The translations under genes were made by a program, and so were the position numbers. A stretch of DNA of 63,008 bases, filler included, from Octopus bimaculoides (Eukaryota): the NCBI RefSeq assembly GCF_001194135.2. It is 5 parts of 4 records of this genome, joined end to end, with 100 filler letters (N's around TTAATTAATTAA, not from the genome) between each part and the next. Parts side by side here need not be neighbours in the genome. Positions count along the whole stretch, not along the records: positions 27,816 to 46,075 come from NC_069007.1; positions 46,176 to 58,716 come from NC_068995.1; 3 more parts are not named here. One strand, written 5' to 3'. Under the pieces are notes generated by a model. It did not search any database, was not told where the DNA came from, and saw nothing but the letters and a program-made list of their open reading frames with translations. Below, piece after piece: positions 39,923-50,574 of this stretch (position 1 is its first letter; the number at the start of each line of letters is the position of its first letter).

Positions 39923-40199
39923 GTAAGTTGTTCCCTTTATTGGCTTCTCAAAGTCGACTGTTTATTATTTTACACACAGTATTAAATGTTCCTAAGTAAC
40001 CACATTTATTTTCTCACAATATTTCATGTCTTTTTCATTTCTTTCCTCTAATTAGCACCATTTTCATTTTTAGCAAACACTTAACCAAACCTCAAGACAT
40101 AATATTGACAGGAAATATCTAGTCCAAGTGTACGCATGCATGCACGCACGCACGCACACACACACACGTCCATTTCATATATCTTCTTTCAATTTCTGC

Positions 40200-40547
40200 T
40201 CTTTGCAAATAAAATTTTTTACGGATACAACTGCTTACAAAAATAGGGATTAAAGTATAATTTCTTTCTGTGTTCATAATTAAATCAATGTTTTAATGAT
40301 TAGAGAGAGATCCAATAGAATAGCTCTCAGAAACAGACAATGTACAAATTCGTTCTTCACAACTCCTGAAGCTGTTTTCTGACAAGGAGCGGGGAGTCAG
40401 GAAATTTTCAAACAACTGGAGGCCTCAATTGAAACAGAGGACCCAATATGATAAGGTTGAGAAACGCTGTTATAGATTATACCTAACTGAAAAAGATCAC
40501 GGCCACATCATCCAAACAGACCGGGTGAAACCGGGCTTAGCTGCTAG
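40200..40547 (+). mobile_element. Helitron-like 3' terminus
   Basis: CCGGGTGAAACCGGG hairpin followed by CTAG|T. The 5' limit is not defined. Confidence 0.45.
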
Positions 40548-40577
40548 TATAAATATATATATATGTACGTATATATA

Positions 40578-40996
40578 TCATCATCATCATCGTTTAACGT
40601 CTGTTTTCCATGCTAGCATGGGTTGGATGGTTTGACTGGGGTCTGGGAAGCCAGAAGGCTGCACCAGGCTCCAGNNNNNNNNNNGACTGGGGTCTGGGAA
40701 GCCAGAAGGCTGCACCAGGCTCCAGTCTGATCTGACAGTGTTTCTACAGCTGGATGCCCTTCCTAATGCCAACCACTCCGTGAGTGTAGCGGGTGCTTTT
40801 TACATGCCACCGGCATGGGCCAGAGGAGGCTGGCAACGGCCACGATCGGTTGGTGCTTTCTCCAGGTCCCCAAAAGCTAAGTATAGGGGTTTATCTTTAG
40901 CTAGGTATTTCTCCTGCAGTTGTCAAACCAGGAATATAGCATCAGTGGTGCTTCTACCTGGCACAAAACTGAACTGCATCTCATCTAAGCAGACTC
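40578..40996 (-). mobile_element. Internally deleted RTE LINE: RT fragment fused to the family E 3' end
   Basis: LDEMQFSFVPGRSTTDAIFLV..LQEKYLAKDKPLYLAFGDLEKA is followed directly by the 3' UTR and (GAT)n tail. Confidence 0.8.
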
Positions 40997-41795
40997 NNNN
41001 NNNNNNNNNNNNNNNNNNNNNNNNNNNNNNNNNNNNNNNNNNNNNNNNNNNNNNNNNNNNNNNNNNNNNNNNNNNNNNNNNNNNNNNNNNNNNNNNNNNN
41101 NNNNNNNNNNNNNNNNNNNNNNNNNNNNNNNNNNNNNNNNNNNNNNNNNNNNNNNNNNNNNNNNNNNNNNNNNNNNNNNNNNNNNNNNNNNNNNNNNNNN
41201 NNNNNNNNNNNNNNNNNNNNNNNNNNNNNNNNNNNNNNNNNNNNNNNNNNNNNNNNNNNNNNNNNNNNNNNNNNNNNNNNNNNNNNNNNNNNNNNNNNNN
41301 NNNNNNNNNNNNNNNNNNNNNNNNNNNNNNNNNNNNNNNNNNNNNNNNNNNNNNNNNNNNNNNNNNNNNNNNNNNNNNNNNNNNNNNNNNNNNNNNNNNN
41401 NNNNNNNNNNNNNNNNNNNNNNNNNNNNNNNNNNNNNNNNNNNNNNNNNNNNNNNNNNNNNNNNNNNNNNNNNNNNNNNNNNNNNNNNNNNNNNNNNNNN
41501 NNNNNNNNNNNNNNNNNNNNNNNNNNNNNNNNNNNNNNNNNNNNNNNNNNNNNNNNNNNNNNNNNNNNNNNNNNNNNNNNNNNNNNNNNNNNNNNNNNNN
41601 NNNNNNNNNNNNNNNNNNNNNNNNNNNNNNNNNNNNNNNNNNNNNNNNNNNNNNNNNNNNNNNNNNNNNNNNNNNNNNNNNNNNNNNNNNNNNNNNNNNN
41701 NNNNNNNNNNNNNNNNNNNNNNNNNNNNNNNNNNNNNNNNNNNNNNNNNNNNNNNNNNNNNNNNNNNNNNNNNNNNNNNNNNNNNNNNNNNNNNN

Positions 41796-42049
41796 ACGGG
41801 GACATAAACACACCAGCATCGGTTGTCAAGCAATGCTAGGGGGGACAAACACAGACACACACACACATATATATATATATATACATATATTCGATGGGCT
41901 TCTTTCAGTTTCCGTCTACCAAATCCACTCACAAGGCTTTGGTCGACCCGAGGCTATAGTAGAAGACACTTGCCCAAGGTGCCACGCAGTGGGACTGAAC
42001 CCGGGACCATGTGGTTGGTTAGCAAGCTACTTACCACACAGCCACTCCT
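41796..42049 (-). mobile_element. SINE family A copy
   Basis: Colinear with 1-318 and with the copy at 33454-34182. Confidence 0.85.
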
Positions 42050-42599
42050 GCGCCTAGATATATATATATATATATATATACTTGCACACACTCCTATACA
42101 TAAGTTCCCTGACTCATCTAGGAGGATAGTAACTCTAAATAAGTGAAAAATCAGACTGAAGCAACCCCATCAACATATGTGCATGTGTCTGTAAGTGTAT
42201 TTATATATTCATTTTTCTTCCTTATCCTTATTCTCTTTCATAAACCTCTTTTCTTACCCATGCATCTCTCCCCCTTTAATGTACTTCATATGCTTTTTTA
42301 GGAAAGTGGGTTATACATCATTAGACGTACACCTAACTTTCCTATATTAAATTAGAAGTGAACTGAACGCAGAAACTCCAAACTGATCAACAACAACAAA
42401 TATTTATTGGATGGTGGAAAATAAAACAGCTTCCAATTGTCCGGTTTTAGAGTAGCCTGAAATGTAGATGTACGGTTCCTCGAGCTGGTGTCGTTGTAGA
42501 GACAACTTGGTTCAACCACACTCAAATGGGAGAGCTTGCTTAGACATCTTGCTTGGTCGCTGTCAGGCTTGGTAAAGAGAAAGAATAATAGCGGGAACG

Positions 42600-42700
42600 C
42601 TTCGATGTTGAAACCCACGCATGCGTGGTTAAGGATTCAGCAATGGTGACTATGCCTTTTTGGCGCCAACATGACGTCACTACACCTTCATCTTCTTCAT
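42600..42700. promoter_or_regulatory. CpG-rich promoter-like cluster of palindromic sites
   Basis: CCACGCATGCGTGG (NRF1-like, 42615-42628), TTGGCGCCAA (E2F-like, 42660-42669) and TGACGTCA (CRE, 42672-42679) within 65 bp. Confidence 0.5.
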
Positions 42701-42705
42701 TTCAG

Positions 42706-42857
42706 GTTCACATGACTTCTGAGTCTGGTAAAACTTACTTGATGGCTGCGTGTGAACAGGGCAGCATGGATTTAGTAAAATTGCTGATAAAAGCTAAAGC
42801 TTTTTTGGACGTTACCGACAAGTCTGGTAAAGCTGCTTTGCATTATGCTATGGAATG
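42706..42857 (+). CDS. Ankyrin-repeat protein exon VHMTSESGKTYLMAACEQGSMDLVKLLIKAKAFLDVTDKSGKAALHYAME(C)
   Basis: Clear ankyrin consensus. Acceptor tcttcttcatttcag, donor ATG|gtaagt, phase 0 in and phase 2 out. Confidence 0.9.
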
Positions 42858-43899
42858 GTAAGTTCAAAATGAACTAAAATCTTCAGATCTGTTTTGTCTC
42901 TAAATTTCTTACAATTTCAGACAGGTTTGATATCCAAAGATGACATACTAGTGGCAGTGTGATTGAATGACTCTATGATATAGGAACCAGCAGCATCATT
43001 TTCTTATTTTCTCCATAAATCCTCTTTGTTATTGAATCAGAGAATCCTTTTTGGTGATCTGTTGTCAAATCAGATTATTTGTGTTTTGGATATATTCTTT
43101 GAGAGTCAACATTTCTTGTGATTGACCCAATGTAATTTGATGTTCTTTGTTCATATTATGGGGTAAAGATTCAATTTTTCTTGAAAGAAAATGTTATCTC
43201 AGCTCCAAAATGAGAAAGATTCTATGGTTTCTTTTGACAGTAATAATCTGTAAACTTTCTCCCAGAGATTATAAGGAACAATATCAGAAAATCTAACCTC
43301 TCTGTCATAAGGGGTCACAAGGAGGGGCCACACCCCCAGACACTACCTCTCCCACAACAACAACATACAAAACACATATTGTCTAAACCAATATCCCATC
43401 AACGCCAAACAGACAGCATCCAGCTATCATCATCATCATCATCATCGTCGTCGTTTAACGTCTGCTTTCCATGCTAGCATGGGTTGGATGATTTGACTGA
43501 GGACTGGTGAACCAGATGGCTACACCAGGCTCCAATCTGATTTGGCAGAGTTTGTACAGCTGGATACCCTTCCTAACGCCAACCACTCCGAGAGTGTAGC
43601 AAAAAGACAGACGAAATACTGGTAAACATTTCGCCCGGCGTGATACCGTTTCTGCCAACTCGCCCCAGCTATGTTTTCAAACAAATGTACATGAGATAAC
43701 CTGCACTTGTTCGGATAAATACATTGTATTGACTAAGCGATAGCTTTATGTCAGAGTAAAAGAACATCTTCACGAGGCCACAACACCCAGCGCCGTATTC
43801 TTACACTACCAAGATGGGGAATTCTTGACCCAGATACTGGCTAGGGGAATAGATGCGGTGAGCTTTCAAATAAAGAAGGCACATTTCACCATGGCTGTC

Positions 43900-44276
43900 A
43901 GACAATTTCTGTGACCACATAACCCCTAACATCTGGCCACCTAACTCCCCAGACTGTAACCTCCTTGATTATTATGTGTTTGGTTCAGTTGAGCAAGAAA
44001 CCAACAGAAATTCTTATAATGCTAAAGATGAACTAAAGGCAAGGATTATGACAGCATTCACCAACTTAAACAAGGAGACTATCCAGAAGAGTTGCAGGAG
44101 ATTCCAAAGTCGTCTGGAGGCTGTGGTTGAAGCCAATGTTGATTTTATTGAATAAATTTACTCTTTAGTATTTCAAGATATTTTTATGTAATTTTGGTAA
44201 AAATATCTTAAAATGAGATGTCAGTGTTATTTTCATTTTTGTGTACTTTAGGCGACAATTTATTCCCCACGCCCTG
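43900..44276 (+). mobile_element. Tc1/mariner (maT-like) transposase C-terminus with 3' terminal repeat
   Basis: IWPPNSPDCNLLDYYVFG...RFQSRLEAVVEANVDFIE*; ends CCCTG|TA. Confidence 0.85.
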
Positions 44277-44332
44277 TATGCATAATATATATATGCATAT
44301 ATATATGTACACATGCACACACACATGCATGC

Positions 44333-44365
<33 letters not shown>

Positions 44366-44466
44366 TATGCAGGGCAGGGAATCGTCAATTAGTAATAAAA
44401 TTAATAATTAACAATTTTGCCGGGTAGCTCAGTATGAAAAAACCTTTTCGGTAAAAAACATTTATA

Positions 44467-44698
44467 ATCATAAATATATAGGGATTGACAGTAACCTGCT
44501 TCTCCAACATACTGAGAATTCAGAAATAGCAGTCAAAGAACTACTGATTTCAAAACTACAAATTATTACTCCAGATTGAAATATCGCTATCAATCTGGAG
44601 TAATAATTTGTAGTTTTGAAATCAGTAGTTCTTTGACTGCTATTTCTGAATTCTCAGTATGTTGGAGAAGCAGGTTACTGTCAATCGCTATATATTTA

Positions 44699-44702
<4 letters not shown>
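44467..44702. repeat. Near-perfect inverted repeat with 113-bp arms and a 10-nt loop
   Basis: 44467-44579 equals the reverse complement of 44590-44702 except for one mismatch. Confidence 0.97.
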
Positions 44703-44743
<41 letters not shown>

Positions 44744-44919
44744 GACACATATGCATACACAAACATATACATACACTCACACACATACATATACATACAC
44801 GAATGCACACACACATACATATATTTTTGTATGTTCCATTCTTAAGAATTGAATATGTGTGATGTGTGTATGCTTAATATAATAATTATGTTAATGTCTC
44901 TGATGTTTATATTTTTTAG

Positions 44920-45082
44920 TCAATTCAATCAACAAGATATAGTGGCTCTCTTGATCACCAGTGGAGCCTGCATCAACATTCAAAACTTGGATGGCAACAC
45001 TCCTCTCCATGTGGCTGTGGAGAGAGGCAGTGAAGATTTGGTGAAAGTTATATTAAACAAAAAGGGAAAACATACCATACGG
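44920..45082 (+). CDS. Ankyrin-repeat protein exon QFNQQDIVALLITSGACINIQNLDGNTPLHVAVERGSEDLVKVILNKKGKHTIR
   Basis: GNTPLHVAV ankyrin motif. Acceptor tttatattttttag, donor CGG|gttagt, phase 2 in matches the previous exon. Confidence 0.9.
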
Positions 45083-45129
45083 GTTAGTGAATATATAGAC
45101 ATGTGTTGTGTGTGTATTTGTATGTGATG

Positions 45130-45160
<31 letters not shown>

Positions 45161-45170
<10 letters not shown>

Positions 45171-45538
45171 TGGCACTCCGTCGCTTACGACGTCGAAGGA
45201 TCCAGTTGATCCGATCAACGGAACAGCCTGCTCGTGAAATTAACGTGCAAGTGGCTGAGCACTCCACAGACACGTGTACCCTTAACGTAGTTCTCGGGGA
45301 TATTCAGCGTGACAAGGCTGACCCTTTGAATTACAGGCACAACAGAAACAGGAAGAAAGAGTGAGAGAAAGTTGTGGTGAAAGAATACAGCAGGGTTCGC
45401 CACCATCCCCTGCCGGAGCCTCGTGGAGCTTCTAGGTGTTTTCGCTTAATAAACACTCACAACGCCCGGTCTGGGAATCGAAACCGCGATCCTATGACCG
45501 CGAGTTCGCTGCCCTAACCACTGGGCCATTGCACCTCC
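45161..45538 (-). mobile_element. tRNA-derived SINE family C, full length
   Basis: Head with A box TGGCCCAGTGG and B box GGTTTCGATTCC, (AAC)n tail. Copies at 34520 and 60935. Confidence 0.9.
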
Positions 45539-45768
45539 ACATATAACAAGTGAAAGGAAGTTAAACCTCTTTATCAGATTTCAACATTCTTCTGCCTGGC
45601 GGCAAATTCAAATGTACATACAAAAAGAGAGGGAAATAGAAGTGATTATTTCTGTGCATGTTGAAAAATAGAAGCTTTAATGAAACATCTATAATTCACC
45701 TTAAACAAATAGAAGCTGTTATTTATATACCTGTCTTCGTCTTTTTTCTTTCTGTAAATTCCAACCAC

Positions 45769-45809
<41 letters not shown>

Positions 45810-46075
45810 AGTAAAAATAAATACAAAAAAAGGTGGATTTTTTTGTATGATTGTGTATAGAGGAATATATTATTTTGCTTAAAAGAGTTCCAACACTGTC
45901 TGTTTTTTATGTTTTATTTATATTCCTGCAGAACTAATGTGGGGTATAGAATATGGAATATACAATATATAATATAATATACAATATATAATATAAAATA
46001 AAATAAAAATGGATGGCACCATGAAATAAAGTATTGAATGTAGATGAAATATTGAGTGTTCAATATAAAGGATCA

Positions 46076-46175
46076 NNNNNNNNNNNNNNNNNNNNNNNNN
46101 NNNNNNNNNNNNNNNNNNNTTAATTAATTAANNNNNNNNNNNNNNNNNNNNNNNNNNNNNNNNNNNNNNNNNNNN
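46076..46175. other. Synthetic scaffold-join linker
   Basis: 44N-TTAATTAATTAA-44N. Confidence 0.9.
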
Positions 46176-46882
46176 TGTGGGGCCATCGTAGGATTCTCGA
46201 GCGAGTTCGTTGCCGGCGCCCTCGGACTGGCTCATGTGCGGGCGACACATGAAAAAAATTTTTCGAGCGAGATCGTTACCAGTGCCCCTGGGCTGGCTCT
46301 TGTGCGGGGCCGTCGTAGGATTCTCGAGCGAGATCGTTGCCGGTGTCCCCGGACTGGCTCATGTGCGGGTGACACATGAAATTTTTCGTGTGAGATCGTT
46401 GCCAGTGCCCCTGTACTGGTTCATGTGCGAGCGAAACATGAAATGCACCATTTTGGGCATGGCCGTTGCCAGTGCCGCCTGGCTGGCTTTCGTGGGATTT
46501 TCGATCAAGTTCGTTGCCAGTGCCCCTGGACTGGCTCTTGTGCGGGTGACACATGAAATTTTTCGTGTGAGATCGTTGCCAGTGCCCCTGTACTGGTTCA
46601 TGTGCGAGCGAAACATGAAATGCACCATTTTGNNNNNNNNNNTTGCACCATTTTGAGCATGGCCGTTTCCAGTACCGCCTGACTGGCCTTTGTGCGGGCG
46701 ACACGTAAAAGCACCCACTACACTCTCTGAGTGGTTGGTATTAGGAAGGGCATCCAGCGGTAGAAACTCTGCCAAATCAGATTGGAGCCTGGTGTAGCCA
46801 TCTGGTTTCACCAGTACTCAGTCAAATCGTCGAACCCATGCTAGCATGGAAAGCGGACGTTAAACGAAGATGATGATGATGA
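46176..46882 (+). mobile_element. Family E RTE 3' end with an expanded array of ~48-67-bp hairpin units
   Basis: At least eight units starting CGTTGCCAGTGCCNCTGGACTGGC, then the conserved 3' end and (GAT)n. Confidence 0.85.
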
Positions 46883-47199
46883 TATATATATATGTATGTA
46901 TGTATGTATGCGTTTGTTGTTTGTGGCAGTGTTTGTACCCTCACCATTGCTTGACAACCGATGTTGGTGTATTTATGTCCCCATCACATAGCAGTGCGGC
47001 AAAAAGAGACTGATAGAATAAGTACTTGGCTTACAGAGAATAATTCCTGGGGTTCATTTATTCGACTAAAGGTGGTGCTCCAGCATGGCTGCAGTTAAAT
47101 GACTGAAACAAGTAAAAGAGTATAGACCAGTCATTTAAACACTTCATACAAGATTTTCCACAGGTATGCTGGCTAGGTACAAGATTTTCCACAGGTATG

Positions 47200-48130
47200 C
47201 TGGCTAGGTACATGATGAACTATGCTGAGTGGAAGATATAGAAGCCAGATAGGCATTGACTAGCCAATACTTGGTATAGTTGATCCATTATTAATAGATA
47301 AATGTTTGACAAATATAATCAGAAACCAGCATTGAAATTTGCCTGTAATTGTTTATTACTACCAGAAAGTCAGTGATATCGTGTATTACAATTGCTTGAT
47401 AAGTGAGAGATTAGTGTATCAGAGAAAATGTTAAGAGCGATGGTACTGAAAGTTAATTAGCTGGTGGATTTCAACCATAAAGGGATTTTTACAAGAATGA
47501 GATGTCAGTAGCAATATTCTTTGAAGAGAAAAAAGAAACTGATACAGAATGACCCATGAGTTTGGGGATGTTAAGAGGATCCAATAGTTTATTGCTGATT
47601 TGAAAGTATGGGAAGAAAACCATTTTTAGCTAGACGTTATTTTGCCAGCCAAGAATGACACAAACCCATGTCATGATATTAAAACGTGTGCAAAAACTAT
47701 ATAGATAAGACGGAGAATGGAAAAAGCAGCAGGAATTTTTTGCTCTCAGAAAAAAAATTACTTGATCCAAAGATGAATGATGTCTATATATTTCTTGGCA
47801 GTGAGCAAAATGAAAATAAAGTGCAAATAGTTAGAAGGATGACCACTGAAACGAAAATCCATAGGGAAACAAACTTGGATTAATTAGAATTATTTACTGA
47901 AAATCTATTAAAAAAAGTTTAATTACCTTGGTTAGACATGTGATGAGGAGAGTTCAGTTCATCTAGGAAAATTGTGAGATATTGAATGAAATTGTTAATA
48001 GAAGGTAAATAAAAGGAAATCTAGCAGAATCTAAACAACAGAGGGAGGAAGTGACATCAAATTTTATATAGGCTATGAAAGTAGACTTCCATCATATACT
48101 GAATAGATGTAGAATAGTTGCTATAAATGA
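47200..48130 (+). mobile_element. Very decayed RTE-like LINE 3' coding region
   Basis: Traces of the WxGHVxR...LLIEGK...RGR C-terminal signature, with many stops. Confidence 0.4.
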
Positions 48131-48688
48131 CCATGTAAAATGTATAACTTGTAAAGACTCAAGAAGGATTAGTTTTGTAGAGTATAAAATTAGATGGAAG
48201 AGAAAGATCATACTGTAACATATAAAACTAAAACTGTGTTGGGCATATGTGAATCCTTTAGTGCCAGAAGGTCAGATTTAATTTTTAGAGACACCCACTA
48301 TAAATTGGTTTAGATTATTGATATGAATTGCTCCTGTAAGAAAAACAATATACAAAGACAAGTACTATCAGATAGTCTTTCAAATGTGTGATAGTAAGAG
48401 AAGGTAGGATATAAAGATTTGTAACAGTTGTAATATGTCATTTGGGTGAAGCACAACTGAGTAAATTGTTTTGTAGACCTAGAAAATTGTGTTGTTTGAA
48501 AGTGAAATTCTGTTGAGAGAGAGAGATATATATCTGATATTGCTCAGAAGCATTGAAAATTTGCCTATTTTAGCAAATTATTGCTAGCCTGAAATCTTGT
48601 GGCCTAATAATGGTCGACTATTTAAAATAATAACCTTATTAATGGTGATTTATTGTCATTAACTTTTTTTAAACCTCTTTATTCTCAG

Positions 48689-48764
48689 GAAATCGCAGTT
48701 TTTACAAATACCGTTTGTGTAATTGGACCAGCGGTTATCGTTGGAGTGTAGCTCTCTTGTTAAG
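48689..48764 (+). CDS. TM2D3: TM2 domain-containing protein 3 (almondex), penultimate exon (G)NRSFYKYRLCNWTSGYRWSVALLL(S)
   Basis: Matches human GNRTFPKMLYCNWTGGYKWSTALALS. Acceptor ctctttattctcag, donor AAG|gtaaat, phase 1 in and phase 2 out. Confidence 0.93.
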
Positions 48765-49274
48765 GTAAATCTCACTTTATTTCTTTGATTTCTGCCAGAT
48801 TAATAAAACAAGCTCTTGTTCATTGATAATCTTCAGTCCAGCTCACTTTATGTTGTATCTTCAATACATTTCTGTTTGGCTATAACCTACCATTGTTTAA
48901 CTATAAGCCAGCAGTAACTCAGCCTGCTAGTAATAGTGTCCAAATTTCCCTCAGATCAGACCATACCATCTGAAAACCTCAAACATCCACTGGATAATGT
49001 AGTCGTCATCATCATCATTGCTTTTAGTTCCATTTTTCTCTGCTGGCATGAGTATTGCAAACTATTGAGGCAGATTGGCTAGATACTTTTCTTATTCCAA
49101 ATGCTTACTTCAAGGTATGTTATTCGTTCCAGTTTTAGTATATGTACTGCCGAAGCAAGTACAGCAAAGTATGTTATTCATTGTACCAGTTCTCACATGT
49201 CTGCTCAACTATACAGTATTTGTTCAGTGGAGAAAATAAACATCGCCATCTTTTGCTTGGGTTAGTGCTAATAA

Positions 49275-49725
49275 CAGCATACCCACTTTCAAAAAGCTAA
49301 AATCTCCTAATGTTTCATGCATGTGTAAAATTGTACTGAAATAGCAGATGTAGGAAATACCAGACCACCATCGGAAAACCTGATATGCTAGAAACAACAG
49401 GTAAATGAAGTTATTTCTGAAGAAATTTCCCCTTTTTCCAAAAAGCTAAAAGTGAAAGATGTATATGTATATTTTTTATAGTTTAATTTTTCTTAAAGAA
49501 ACACTCAATACCCCTTCCCCCACCTCACCCACCCATCATCTACCAGCTTCCAAAAAGCTAAAATCTCCCAATCTTTCACTTTTGTCTGATGTTTTTTGCA
49601 TGCGTAGAATTTTACTGAAATAAAGTAGACTTAAAAAATACTAGACCACCACCAGAAAACCTGACATGCTAGAAACAACAGGTAAACAGCATTTCCCCAC
49701 TTTCCAAAAAGCTAAAAGTGAAATA
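49275..49725. repeat. Degenerate ~270-bp direct repeat pair
   Basis: CAAAAAGCTAAAATCTCC...GACCACCA...GAAAACCTGAYATGCTAGAAACAACAGGTAAA...TTTCCAAAAAGCTAAAAGTGAAA occurs twice. Confidence 0.7.
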
Positions 49726-50574
49726 TTGGGTGTGTGTAGCTTTCTGAAAGTGGTTAGGTGATGGGGTAAAATTCTTAAAGATTCATACTTTCTGTTTTTT
49801 CTTCATGGATTACCAAAAATAAAAATTTGAAAAAGCAAAAAATGAATTTGATGTGGAAAGGGAGAAAATTAAAATATCGTGAACATGTTTTATGGGTGAA
49901 ATCCTAATCTCCTGTATCGCAAACATAGGAATCGGAAGAAATTTAGGAAAAAAAATAAGTAGGGAACAGAAATATCACTTTGGATATGCTAGAAAGAAGA
50001 GATAAAGGACAGGGTTTCTGGGAAAACTTCCTTTTAAGTTTATATCAAAGATCAGGTTTTTAAATACGCTCATCACAAACACAAATTACACAAAGGATCA
50101 TTTCAATTGGATTTGAGCTGTAAATTTACATGTGCACACTGCAAGAAATAACATAATTCGCACAGAAGTTTTACATAGAGTGTGTGTATGTTTGTCAAAG
50201 GAAGTTATTTTATGGCATACTTTCATTTGAAGAAGCAAAGTTGTCAACTCGACATGTATGGGATCATACGATTGTTCGTTAATTTCCGTAAAATTGTTTT
50301 AATTTCTGTCTGCTTTGAAGAAGCAGAAATTGAAAGAGGATAAAGTGAAAAGGTGATATTTGCTTTGAAGTGAGAGGAGAAAGTGTAATATGTACGTCTA
50401 TATGAAATGGGCGTGTGTGTGTGTGTGTGAGAGAGAGAAAGAGAGTGAGTGAGTGAGTGAAGGTGTGTGTTGTGATGTATGAATTTTTTTGCATGTATGT
50501 GCAAGTGGCACTCATTCGCTCTCTCTCTCTCTCTTTCTCTCACTCTCTTTCTCTCACTCTCTTTCTCTCACACA

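Noticed and set aside
40625-40735. Tandem 50-bp duplication
   Set aside because: Flanks a 10-N gap, typical of overlapping contig ends.
42400-42547. Selenoprotein-like CG-TGA-TKL frame on the minus strand
   Set aside because: Only a 3-4 residue resemblance to the SELENOF CGU motif, a further stop downstream, and no SECIS identified.
45460-45538. tRNA gene
   Set aside because: It is the tRNA-derived head of a SINE, continuous with a ~300-bp body and tail.
46176-46710. CRISPR array
   Set aside because: Spacers are related to each other, units are degenerate, there are no cas genes, and the array is part of a dispersed eukaryotic retroposon.
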